Origin: Bryobacterales bacterium
GTDB taxonomy: Bacteria > Acidobacteriota > Terriglobia > Bryobacterales > Bryobacteraceae
Direction: 5' to 3'
DNA length: 28,914 nucleotides
NCBI GenBank assembly: GCA_030838885.1
Contig: JAUZEU010000476.1
Location: 1 to 28,914 of the forward strand
Part shown: positions 15,684-24,985 of the stretch, one piece after another
Position numbering within the stretch: the stretch's first letter is position 1
How the letters are laid out: each line of letters opens with the position of its first letter
Notes under the pieces: model-generated
Database searches by the model: none
What the model was told of the DNA's origin: nothing
What the model saw: only the letters and a program-made list of their open reading frames with translations
Position numbers and translations under genes: made by a program

Positions 15684-16631
15684 ATGCCACAGATAAAAGG
15701 AGAACCGGCCGGACGTATTGCGCCTTTTGAGGAACTGGTGAATGCGCTGGAGTTCGAGGCAATGGCGCAGCGGAAGCTGGATAGCCTCACGTATGCGCTG
15801 GTGGCGACTGGCGGCCGGAAGGCCCTGGACCGTATTACGCTGCGTCCGCGCGTGATGGTGAATACGACAAAGCTCGATCTGACGCTGGACCTGTTCGGGC
15901 TTCAGATGTTTGCGCCGATTTTGATTGGGCCTGTGGCGCAGCAGAAGCGTTTTCATCCCGAAGGCGAACTCGCAATGGCGAAGGGCGCTGCGGCGGCCAA
16001 AGCGGTCGTGGTGATTTCGGATCGTTCGAGCCAGCCGCTCGATCAGGTAACCCCGTTGTGTACGGCTGGGTTCTGGTATCAGATCTATGCCGAGGCGGAT
16101 ATGACTGCGGCGGCGGGTCGCGCGAAGGCGGCGGTGGCGGCGGGCGCCAGGGCGGTGTGTCTGACGCTGAGTAGTTCCGGGCTGGACTGGAGCGGTGTCG
16201 AACGCGTGCGGCAGTCGTTGAAAGCGCCATTTGTGCTGAAAGGCGTGATGAGTGCGGAAGAGGCGCAGGCATGCGTGCAGAAGGGCGTGCAGGGGATTGT
16301 GGTTTCGAACTATGTCGACGGACCTTCCGCGGGTCTGGCTTCGCCGATTGAAGTTCTGCCGGGAATCGCGGACGCGGTGGGGGGGAAGATACCGGTCCTG
16401 ATGGATGGCGGGCTGGTGCGTGGCGCCGATATGTTGAAGGCGCTGGCCTTGGGCGCGCGTGGGGTTTTGATTTCCCGGCCGGCAGTTTGGGGATTGGCTG
16501 GCTACGGAGCGGATGGAGTGCAGCGGGTTACGGAGTTGCTGCAGACCGAGCTTGCGCGGGATATGGCCATGACGGGGAAGCCGGGTTTGAAGATGATTGA
16601 CCGAAGCACTGTGAAGGTGCATCGCTGGTAA
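15684..16631 (+). CDS. alpha-hydroxy-acid oxidase-like protein lacking catalytic residues
   Basis: Family motifs APILIGP, HPEGELA, YQIY, LKGV, DGGLVRGAD.LKALALGA, SRP retained, but SNHGGR is SNYVDG and TxD is TLS; starts 3 nt after the previous stop. Confidence 0.88.
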   Translation: MPQIKGEPAGRIAPFEELVNALEFEAMAQRKLDSLTYALVATGGRKALDRITLRPRVMVNTTKLDLTLDLFGLQMFAPILIGPVAQQKRFHPEGELAMAKGAAAAKAVVVISDRSSQPLDQVTPLCTAGFWYQIYAEADMTAAAGRAKAAVAAGARAVCLTLSSSGLDWSGVERVRQSLKAPFVLKGVMSAEEAQACVQKGVQGIVVSNYVDGPSAGLASPIEVLPGIADAVGGKIPVLMDGGLVRGADMLKALALGARGVLISRPAVWGLAGYGADGVQRVTELLQTELARDMAMTGKPGLKMIDRSTVKVHRW

Positions 16632-16860
16632 GTGCCAGGCGCCCGGCCCGGCGGGCGACGTTTCAGGGTTGAAACCAGGTGAGCTGAGACGAAAACATGG
16701 CTAAAACGGCGTAACCTGTGTGTTTTGAGTAAAACTTATCCTGAGCGTGGTTACCGACTCGCTGGAGCAGTACGGTAGAGGCAGCCGAGATCAATCGGCT
16801 CTCAGATTCCGGCTGAGGCGCTAAAGTTCCGATCGATTTCCGCCGATTCGTTCAACAGTA

Positions 16861-18918
16861 ATGGAAGATGCCCGGAGATTGGTAGTTTGTCTGCTCGCCC
16901 TGACGTTTCCACTACTCGGGGCCGGCGAAGTTCGGAGTTCGCCGCGTACCATTTTCGGGGATGGCAGCCGCCTGGCAGTTTTGACTCGCGCCCATGATGT
17001 CCAGATGCTTTCGGTGGTGGAGGCAAAACGTGGATACCCGGTCAAACTGCGCGGCGTAGTGACATACATGGACAGGTTTGAAGGAAATCTGGCTGATGCA
17101 TTCATTCAGGACGACACTGCCGGCATTTTCGTGTTCTTGCAAAAGTCCGCCGTTCAGTTGCCTGTTCACACGGGACAGATCGTCGAAGTTTCCGGTGTCT
17201 CGACGCCGGGCGACTTTTCTTCCTGCGTGGCAAACGGGCAGATCAGAATCCTTGGCGAAGGGTCAATGCCGAAGCCGAAGCACCTGGTGTATGAGGAACT
17301 TCTGGGCGCGAAAGAGGACGGGCGGTGGACGGAACTCGAGGGGGTGGTCCGCTCCGGACAGATAAAGACCGGGCGGCTGTTCTTGAATGTGGCCACGTTT
17401 GGTGGAACGTTCCTGGCTATCATGCCGGCTTATTCAAAGGACTGGGCCAATACGCTGGTGGACTCCAGGGTTGCGTTGCGCGGCGTTGTCGCGGCGATTT
17501 TCAATGATCGACGGCAATCAGTGGGCTTCAGGTTGTTCGTGCCGGATCCTTCGTTTGTTCATATTCAGGAGCCTGCGCCCGCCAATCCGTTCGAACTGGA
17601 AATAGCTCCCACGGTAGCTGTGGGTCAATTCCGCCCCCAAAGTTCGCTCGAGAGGCGAATCCGGGTCCGCGGTGTCGTGACGGCGGTTGAACCGGGAGTT
17701 GCTGTTTACCTCTCGGACGGGCAGGGAAATCTTGAGGTGCAGTCGGCCCCGTTCTGTCCGGTGAAGGCGGGCGATGTTCTCGATGCAGTTGGCTTTCCCG
17801 GTCATGTTAATGGCCGTCCGGGTTTACAGGACTCGATTTGCCGCAGGGTGAAAGATTCCGCAAAGGTGGAAGCCGTGCCAGTGACCGCTGACGAGGTGCT
17901 TCCAGCACTTATCGAAACCGATCCAAGCGGTTATGGCCTGCAAGCAGGTAAGAAGTACGATGCAACCCTGGTCAGCATTGAAGGGAAACTTCTGCAGTAC
18001 TCTGAAGGTCCCAACGGGTACACGCTGGTTCTTTCGGCAGGGAAAAGGACGTTTTCGGCGTTGATGCCGTCGAGCGGCGAGGTTCCGCGCGTTGAAACCG
18101 GAAGCCGAATTCGCCTGACTGGTGTTTGCCTCGTGACGTTCGATCCGTACCGGCGAGGACAATACTTTCGGATCCTGCTTCGGGTGCCGGGAGATGTCGT
18201 GGTTCAGGAACGACCCCCGTGGTGGAATTTGCGCAAGGCACTTTGGGCTCTCTGCGCGTTCTCTTTTTTGTCCGCGCTCACCTGGATTCTGGTGCTGCGA
18301 AGCCAGGTCGCTCAGAGAACACGCCAATTGCACGAAATTTCTCTTCTGGATCCGCTCACGGGCGCGGCTAATCGTCGGCACTTTGACGAGAGGCTCGCGG
18401 CTGAATATGACCGAGCGCGCCGATCCGTATCACCACTTTCTCTTCTCATGGTAGACATTGACCACTTCAAGGCGCTGAACGATAGTGAGGGGCACCCGCG
18501 TGGCGACGCATATCTCCGGCAGGTGGTGGGTATTTTGCACACTGTGGTGACGCGCCGCCAGGATCTGGTGGCCCGTTACGGAGGAGAGGAGTTTGCTGTG
18601 GTTCTTTCAGATACGCCGGCGGAAGGTGCACGGATGTTGGCCGAGGCTATACGGATGCGAGTGGAGCGGCTGGCAATTCCGAACTCCGGGCTGCCGTCTG
18701 GCAAGGTACTCTCGGTCAGCGTCGGGGCCGCGACGTGGCTCAGCTCTGACGAGGGGTCGGCGGCGGATCTGGTTGCTGAGGCGGACCGGGCGCTTTATCA
18801 GGCCAAATCGCTTGGTCGCAACTGCACGGTTACTGTGGAGATTGGGGGGCAATGCGAACTGCGGTCCATTGTGGCTGGGAACTATTATTCGATAATTGGT
18901 CCATCCAGGCAGGGATAA
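16861..18918 (+). CDS. membrane-anchored diguanylate cyclase with extracytoplasmic OB-fold-like repeats
   Basis: Signal peptide, four V/L-x-G-V/K-V/L repeats, PPWW plus one TM helix, DPLTG..NRR, DIDHFK..ND, I-site RRQD, ARYGGEEF. Confidence 0.93.
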   Translation: MEDARRLVVCLLALTFPLLGAGEVRSSPRTIFGDGSRLAVLTRAHDVQMLSVVEAKRGYPVKLRGVVTYMDRFEGNLADAFIQDDTAGIFVFLQKSAVQLPVHTGQIVEVSGVSTPGDFSSCVANGQIRILGEGSMPKPKHLVYEELLGAKEDGRWTELEGVVRSGQIKTGRLFLNVATFGGTFLAIMPAYSKDWANTLVDSRVALRGVVAAIFNDRRQSVGFRLFVPDPSFVHIQEPAPANPFELEIAPTVAVGQFRPQSSLERRIRVRGVVTAVEPGVAVYLSDGQGNLEVQSAPFCPVKAGDVLDAVGFPGHVNGRPGLQDSICRRVKDSAKVEAVPVTADEVLPALIETDPSGYGLQAGKKYDATLVSIEGKLLQYSEGPNGYTLVLSAGKRTFSALMPSSGEVPRVETGSRIRLTGVCLVTFDPYRRGQYFRILLRVPGDVVVQERPPWWNLRKALWALCAFSFLSALTWILVLRSQVAQRTRQLHEISLLDPLTGAANRRHFDERLAAEYDRARRSVSPLSLLMVDIDHFKALNDSEGHPRGDAYLRQVVGILHTVVTRRQDLVARYGGEEFAVVLSDTPAEGARMLAEAIRMRVERLAIPNSGLPSGKVLSVSVGAATWLSSDEGSAADLVAEADRALYQAKSLGRNCTVTVEIGGQCELRSIVAGNYYSIIGPSRQG

Positions 18919-19144
18919 AGGGTTGCTGCTCGGGATGGATCCGATGTTTGGAAGGTTATATGACGTCGGGTCAGCTGCATTCCGAGAGCAGCGCCGAAGT
19001 CTCGTTCGGACTATGCGCCTCTCCCTGACAATTACGAAACCACTGGTCAGGGCGGTGGTGGCGCGTTCAGAGAGTTAGGCGCACTCGCCGTTGGAGAATG
19101 GCCCTGAATGCGCCCGCAGGGCAGTACTTTGGTTTTTCATACGT

Positions 19145-19546
19145 TCAGCGGGTGTTGAGGTTGGCAAGCTCTGGAAATTGTTGGTTCTCACATTGCAGGC
19201 ATTTCTTCACGGCCGTGATTAGCTGACTCTGGGAGAATGGTTTTTCCAATACGGCGCAAAGGGCCTTTAAGTCCTCAGGCGCGATGTCCTCCGGGCTGAA
19301 TCCAGTCATCAGGATGACCTTTGATTTCGGTTGGAGTTCGAAGATATTGCGGGCCAACTCCAGGCCGCCCATTATTGGCATCGCAATGTCCGACAAGGTA
19401 AGTGCAATCTCGGAGCTCATTTCCTGATAGAGTTCCAGCGCCTGTGATCCATTCTGAGCGAGAATCGGAATGAAGTCGTGGCGGGCCAGTATGGCTGCGC
19501 AGACGTCGCGGACAGCTTGCTCATCATCGACAACCAGGATTTTCAC
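19145..19546 (-). CDS. single-domain response regulator (receiver)
   Basis: ILVVDD, LSDIAMP (phosphoacceptor Asp), MTG, KPF. Confidence 0.92.
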   Translation of the reverse strand: MKILVVDDEQAVRDVCAAILARHDFIPILAQNGSQALELYQEMSSEIALTLSDIAMPIMGGLELARNIFELQPKSKVILMTGFSPEDIAPEDLKALCAVLEKPFSQSQLITAVKKCLQCENQQFPELANLNTR

Positions 19547-19991
19547 TGCCTGGGTCGCCCTTCGCCGGATGCGCGAGTGCGTGCCACAAGACGTTGCATT
19601 ACGCCCTCAGCAGCAAGTCGACGGCCACTTACGCTCGACGATCCGCTCGACCGGACCTCGCCATTTGCCGACTTCCATCGCCACTGGAGCGACTCTGGCA
19701 CGGTTGTTCTTATTCATCGGAACGCGTTAAGGCAGCCTCTGAAAAATGTGCACCATGAGCGTTGAGCTTCTGCATCGAGGAGAATCCAGCAATGCCGAAG
19801 GGTCTCTTCTGCGGCGAGAACAATCCTCCTCGTCAACGAAGTACAACGAGTTTGCGTTGCCGTTTGAGCCAGATTGTCCACTTGCGCAATGATCGCCCAA
19901 GTAGCGGCGATTGGGGTAAATGTGATCTGACAGACGGAAGCTTTCAGCCGGACAGTAGCGTGGCTACAAATATGCTGAAGATCTGGACCGT

Positions 19992-20354
19992 ATGCCACTT
20001 TGCCAGGAATGCAGGAATTTAATGGATGAAGCGGGCGTAGCGATAAGGCGCTTCGCCGATGCGACCGCCCGCCTTTCAGCGGCTGCCCAGGACGGCGAGC
20101 ACGCTGAACTTTACGAACTCAAACATGCTGTTCAGAAGTGGCGCGAGGCCACAGACAAGTCAGTGCTCCGATATGAACATCACCAGGCTTCACATACAAC
20201 GTTGCCGTCCCGGGCGCGCACGGAGGCTGCGAGACTAAGTTCCGGCTCGCGGCGCACACGCCACATTGCGGTGATGGATGCTGATAAAACTATCGCAGGG
20301 GCAGACAGCGGCTCGGGCTGCGGCGAACTATTACGGCTTACTTGCGGCAGCTAA
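19992..20354 (+). CDS. small hypothetical protein, CxxC...helical hairpin...HxxxH
   Basis: MPLCQECRNL..., amphipathic helices, YEHHQASH; the first ~68 aa look protein-like, the C-terminal third does not. Confidence 0.55.
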   Translation: MPLCQECRNLMDEAGVAIRRFADATARLSAAAQDGEHAELYELKHAVQKWREATDKSVLRYEHHQASHTTLPSRARTEAARLSSGSRRTRHIAVMDADKTIAGADSGSGCGELLRLTCGS

Positions 20355-20722
20355 GTGATTTGAGCCGCTGCCATGCGGCCGGGCCAGTTCTTTCCGTCAT
20401 TGCCGTAATCCTCAATCAGCTCTTTGCAGAACCACCCGCACATCCGCGTACCCAAAAGCACAACCCGAGGATTTCAGCATTGAATTGACACGCTTGTGGT
20501 TCCGTAACGCGGCCTGCCGCCCCGAGGCTTCGATCAGGTCGCCCTATCGAAACTGCCCAGTACCGGAGATTCACCGAACCCTGGTCCTTTTTCTCGCGAA
20601 GAGTCTCGACAGGGTGTAACGACTTCAAGAGAGTAATCTGGGTGTCTACGGTGAAGGGGTGAGGTTACGCCTGGCTATCAAAGCTGCCTGGCTGTGGCGC
20701 GTTTGAACGGTACTTCGAAGTG

Positions 20723-23287
20723 TCACTTCGATTTCTCCACGCTATGGACGCACATCGCGGGGCCTCGATCATGCGTTACATTTCCGAGGATTGTTGGGCG
20801 GAGTTCAACGGCGCCGGCCGGATTCCGGACCCGAACTCCTGAAACCGCAGCCCCGGTTACGGCGAATCGAGGCCTGCCCAGAAGCAAGCCCTGCATCTCA
20901 TCGCATCCCAGGCTGCTGAGCAGGTGCAGTTGAGCGGTTGTCTGCACGCCTTCGCCGATCACCCGCAGCCCAAGAGTATGGGCCAATTCCACAACACACC
21001 GTAACACCGCGGCTCCACGCGGCCGGCTCTCATTTTCAGTGAGGAACGCCCGGTCGATCTTCAAGGCATCAAGGGGCAGCTTCTGCAGGTAGCTCAAAGA
21101 CGAATAGCCAGTACCAAAATCGTCGAGCGCTATCGTCACGCCGAGGTTTCTGAGCTTCGCCATAGTGTGGGCCGACTCCTCTGCATCACGGATGAAAACA
21201 CTTTCCGTCAATTCGAGTTCCAGCAGGCGCGCGGGGAGCCCCGTCGATTCGAGCGTCTGCACAACAATCTCGACGAAATCCGGACACGCGAACTGGGAAG
21301 CCGAAACGTTGACAGCGACCCCGGTCCCCCTCAAGGTTCCCGTTTGCCACTCCGCGCACTGCCGGCAAGCCTCGCGGAGAACCCAGGTACCGATCGGGAT
21401 GATCAAACCGTTCTGCTCCGCAATGGGGATGAATTTCAGGGGCGGTGTAGAGCCATGATCGGGCGAATACCAGCGAACCAGGGCTTCGAAGCGGCTTGGG
21501 AGCGACCTGCCCGGAGCAAACTGAGGCTGAAACATCAGTCTAAATTCCGACAGCGAGAGAGCCCTTCGGAGTCGTGTTTCCATCTCCAGCCGTTCGCGCG
21601 CTACATCCGCATATACGGGGGTGAAGAATCTGAGCTGGTTCTTGCCAGCCCGCTTTGCTTCGTGCATTGCGACGTCGGCGCCCCTTTGCAGCACTTCCGG
21701 GTCAGTCCCATTTTCCGGGAAGAGACTGATGCCAATGCTGGCGCCGATAAACACCTCCCGGTCGGCTATTCTGAATGGCTCGTCCAGGCAGGTGATCAGT
21801 TTGTTGCCGAGATGGCGCACCGCGTCCGGACCTCCGAAGCCGGCGGCAACAAGGGTAAATTCATCGCCGCCGAAACGGGCCAGGGTGCCGGATTCACCGC
21901 AAACCGCGAGCAACCGTTGAGCGACCTCTTTCATCAGCAGATCGCCCGCGGAGTGGCCCAGCGTATCGTTCACCAGTTTGAAGTGGTCGAGATCGATAAA
22001 AATGACCGCGACGGACGTCCCGGCGGCGCACTCATTGATCGCTTGTGCCAGTTTCTCCCGGAACAGTCTCCGGTTAGGAAGATCCGTCAACTCGTCATAC
22101 AGAGCCTGATGAAGCAGCTGCAACTCCGAGAGCTTCCGTTCGGTCATGTCTTCGGCGACACCAGCAAGGCGCACGATATTGCCGTCGCTGTCGCGAACAG
22201 GAAAAGCGCGATCGCGAATCCAGCGGACGGCGCCGGATGGCTGCACGATGCGGTATTCGTTTTCGAGGATTTCTCCCTGGACCTGGCGTAAGAATGCTTC
22301 TTGTGCCCGCGACCGGTCCTCCGGATGTATGGAATGCGTCCAGTTTTCCGGATTCGTGTGAAGGTCCTCGCATGGCTGCCCCCAAACCTTTTCGTAGGCC
22401 GGGCTCACGTAAAGCACCTCTTTTGATGCCGAGTCTGTCATCCAGAAGACCTCGCGGATGTTTTCGGCCAGTTGGCGAAATTTTTCCTCGCTGCTCCGCA
22501 GGCTTTGCTCGGATTGCCTGGACTCGGTAATGTCTGGACAGAGGCCTACGTGTCCCAGGAATTCGCCGCCCGGCGATAAGCGCGGATCCGCGCGCGTTTC
22601 GAGCCACCGCCACTCACCATCGGCGCGCCGGACGCGGGCTGCGGCCGTGAAAGGCGCGTGTTCCCGTAAGGCACGGTGGAATGCCGCCGCAAACTCCGGC
22701 CGCTCGTCCGGGTGAATCAGCAACTGCCACTTGCCTCCCTGGACCTGTTCGCGGCCAGTACCGAAGAATTCCCGGTACGCCCTGTTGATGAACTGAACCT
22801 CGCCCTCTACGTTCGTCACCCACATCAACATCGCGCAACCATCGGCCATGATGCGGAAGCGATCTTCACTCTCGTGCAGCGCTTCCTCGGTCCGCTTGCG
22901 CTCCGTGATGTCTTCCACGTGGACAACGGAATACAACGGGTTGCCGCCGCTGTCTCTTACCAGCGAAACCCTCATACGGGTCCACACCACCGTTCCGGTA
23001 CGGTGCATGCAGCGCATTTCCGCGTCCGCGCATCCGATCCAGCCCGTCCACAGATGTTCCCTCCTCTGTTGGGCAGACCCCTGATCATCGGCGTGGATCA
23101 GGTCCGGCCAGGTTGTGTCCATCAGTTCCTGTTCGGAATAGCCGAGCATCCGGCAAAACGCACCATTCACGTGGAGGAAGCGCCAGTCCAACCCGCAGAC
23201 GCAAATGCCGAAAGGCGCGTGTTCAAAGGCCCCGCGGAATCTTTCTTCGCTTTTCTGCCGTAATCGTTCCACGTTAAAAGACCTCAC
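20723..23287 (-). CDS. 3xPAS/PAC-GGDEF-EAL cyclic-di-GMP enzyme
   Basis: Three SE.RFR/KFR-PAS-D(I/M)TE modules, YDELTDLPNR, DLDHFK.VND, ARFGGDEF, FEALVRW, LELTES, DDFGTGYSSL, LKID, EGV, DEMQG; alternative GTG start at 23272 has a better GAGG spacing. Confidence 0.93.
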   Translation of the reverse strand: MRSFNVERLRQKSEERFRGAFEHAPFGICVCGLDWRFLHVNGAFCRMLGYSEQELMDTTWPDLIHADDQGSAQQRREHLWTGWIGCADAEMRCMHRTGTVVWTRMRVSLVRDSGGNPLYSVVHVEDITERKRTEEALHESEDRFRIMADGCAMLMWVTNVEGEVQFINRAYREFFGTGREQVQGGKWQLLIHPDERPEFAAAFHRALREHAPFTAAARVRRADGEWRWLETRADPRLSPGGEFLGHVGLCPDITESRQSEQSLRSSEEKFRQLAENIREVFWMTDSASKEVLYVSPAYEKVWGQPCEDLHTNPENWTHSIHPEDRSRAQEAFLRQVQGEILENEYRIVQPSGAVRWIRDRAFPVRDSDGNIVRLAGVAEDMTERKLSELQLLHQALYDELTDLPNRRLFREKLAQAINECAAGTSVAVIFIDLDHFKLVNDTLGHSAGDLLMKEVAQRLLAVCGESGTLARFGGDEFTLVAAGFGGPDAVRHLGNKLITCLDEPFRIADREVFIGASIGISLFPENGTDPEVLQRGADVAMHEAKRAGKNQLRFFTPVYADVARERLEMETRLRRALSLSEFRLMFQPQFAPGRSLPSRFEALVRWYSPDHGSTPPLKFIPIAEQNGLIIPIGTWVLREACRQCAEWQTGTLRGTGVAVNVSASQFACPDFVEIVVQTLESTGLPARLLELELTESVFIRDAEESAHTMAKLRNLGVTIALDDFGTGYSSLSYLQKLPLDALKIDRAFLTENESRPRGAAVLRCVVELAHTLGLRVIGEGVQTTAQLHLLSSLGCDEMQGLLLGRPRFAVTGAAVSGVRVRNPAGAVELRPTILGNVTHDRGPAMCVHSVEKSK

Positions 23288-23293
23288 CTCTAT

Positions 23294-23317
23294 TTATCAC
23301 CTAATTATCACCTAATT
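23294..23317. repeat. perfect 11-bp tandem direct repeat TTATCACCTAA x2 (+TT)
   Basis: 23294-23304 and 23305-23315 are identical; lies immediately 5' of the PAS-GGDEF-EAL start. Confidence 0.9.
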
Positions 23318-23548
23318 GTCGGTCCTCTGGGGCCTTTCTTCAGTCAGCAGTGCCGTGACCGCGATGGTGCGGGCCCCTGCATGGAAGGGTAGCTTCGGAG
23401 CGTACACAGGCACCGATCAAGCCAGTCAGTTCCGAATCGCTTATAAGACGAAGATCGGTAGCTGTTCGCGATTTCTCTCGTCGAGTCAATTTCCAACAGG
23501 GCCTGAAACACCATATCTGCCGCAATCCGCCATGGCACCCCGGGATGA

Positions 23549-24985
23549 GTGTTTCTCGATAAACTATCCAACGGGCCAGCCTTGCGCATCTTCTGGAAAA
23601 CCCTCGCGCGCTTTTGGAAGTCCGGCGGAGCACGGCGGACGGCTTCGGCACCCTTCCGTGCCGGCAAGTTTCGGGCCGCTGCGGCTACGGTCGCGACGGC
23701 TGCTTTTCTCTGGGTGGCTCCGCTTCCGGCGCGGATCATCGAAGCAGATATCAATGGCATTGTCCATCCGGTCACTGTTCGCGTCATCTCATCCGCTATC
23801 GCGATGTCCGAACGAGAGCACGCGGACGCTTTGCTTATTCGCCTCAGTACTCCCGGCGGTTTCATGGGAGCGACGCGGGATATCGTGGAGCGGGTCTTTC
23901 ATTCCCGGGTTCCGGTGATCATGTGGGTCGGGCCTTCTGGCGCCCGGGCCGCGTCCGCCGGTTTCTTTCTGCTCGAATCGGGCGACATTGCGGCCATGGC
24001 TCCCGGAACCAATACAGGGGCTTCCCATCCCGTCCTTGCATTTGGCCAGGAGATAGACCCGGTAATGAAAGGGAAGATCGAAAGCGATGCCGCGGCACTG
24101 ATGCGCGCAATCACCACGCACCGGGGGCGTAACCAGCAAGCCGCAGAGAAAGCCGTTCGGGAAAGCACTTCTTATACCGACCGCGAAGCCCTCGAGCAGC
24201 ATCTCATCGACCTGATTGCTGCTGATCCCTCCGCCCTCATCCAGCAGCTTGAGGGACGTCAGATTACCCCCCGCTTCGACGGCCGTCGCCAGACGCTGCA
24301 CTTCAACAGCACCGCTATCGATGTCTACCAACCCTCGCCCGCCGAGCGCGTGCTGCTGGCGATTGCCGATCCCAACATTGCACTTCTGCTGGTGGTACTC
24401 GGGGTGCTCGGAATATATCTGGAGTTTTCCTCGCCGGGACTGGTTGTGCCGGGCGTTGCCGGAGCGATCCTGGCCCTGCTGGGCCTGACCGCGCTTTCCA
24501 TGTTGCCGATCGACTGGCTGGGCGCGATGCTCATGATTCTCGGGTTGGTTTTCTTTGTTCTCGAAGCAAAATTCGCAACCCATGGAGTACTCACTACGGG
24601 CGGCGCACTGGCGCTCGCTCTTGGCGCGGTGATGCTGATTGATACGAACATCCCTGAATTGCGCATTCGCTGGAGCACCGCCCTGGGACTCGTCATTCCG
24701 TTCGCTTTGATCACCAGTTTTCTTCTCTCCCTCGCGGTGCGCGCCCGGCATTACAAAGTCGTTACAGGTCTCGAGGGGATGTTGGGGGAGCCGGCGGTGA
24801 CACTCCGGGAATTGAACCCCTGCGGCACCATTGTGGTTCGGGGAGAGTACTGGAGCGCATGCGGGTCCCGGCACGTTGCGCCAGGCGAGCCAGTTCGCAT
24901 CACTGGAATTGAAGGGCTCACGCTCAGGGTTGAGCCCATCGCGACTGACCAACCCGCGGTTCAGCAGGATAAGGAGACGCAGTGA
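23549..24985 (+). CDS. nfeD: long-form NfeD (ClpP-class membrane serine protease plus C-terminal OB domain); start uncertain
   Basis: INGIVHP, L.TPGG, RAASAG (Ser), [17 protein letters not shown] (Lys), TM bundle with EF.SPG..VPG..G, C-terminal VTG.EGMLGE...GEYW.A OB domain. Confidence 0.92.
   Translation: MFLDKLSNGPALRIFWKTLARFWKSGGARRTASAPFRAGKFRAAAATVATAAFLWVAPLPARIIEADINGIVHPVTVRVISSAIAMSEREHADALLIRLSTPGGFMGATRDIVERVFHSRVPVIMWVGPSGARAASAGFFLLESGDIAAMAPGTNTGASHPVLAFGQEIDPVMKGKIESDAAALMRAITTHRGRNQQAAEKAVRESTSYTDREALEQHLIDLIAADPSALIQQLEGRQITPRFDGRRQTLHFNSTAIDVYQPSPAERVLLAIADPNIALLLVVLGVLGIYLEFSSPGLVVPGVAGAILALLGLTALSMLPIDWLGAMLMILGLVFFVLEAKFATHGVLTTGGALALALGAVMLIDTNIPELRIRWSTALGLVIPFALITSFLLSLAVRARHYKVVTGLEGMLGEPAVTLRELNPCGTIVVRGEYWSACGSRHVAPGEPVRITGIEGLTLRVEPIATDQPAVQQDKETQ

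Noticed and set aside
15474-16622. 382-aa minus-strand ORF
   Set aside because: Antisense shadow of the two oxidase genes
18896-19078. 60-aa ORF after the DGC
   Set aside because: No motif or clear RBS; overlaps the DGC end
19714-20022. Opposing 94-aa and 86-aa ORFs
   Set aside because: Neither has recognisable features; cannot choose without a homology search
20350-20470. Minus-strand fragment ELIEDYGNDGKNWPGR resembling a phage protein motif
   Set aside because: About 40 codons bounded by stops, with no supporting phage context
21167-22291. 374-aa plus-strand ORF
   Set aside because: Antisense shadow of the GGDEF-EAL region
23296-23313. TATCACC resembling the lambda cI half-site
   Set aside because: Direct rather than inverted arrangement, no phage genes; 7-mer match is expected by chance
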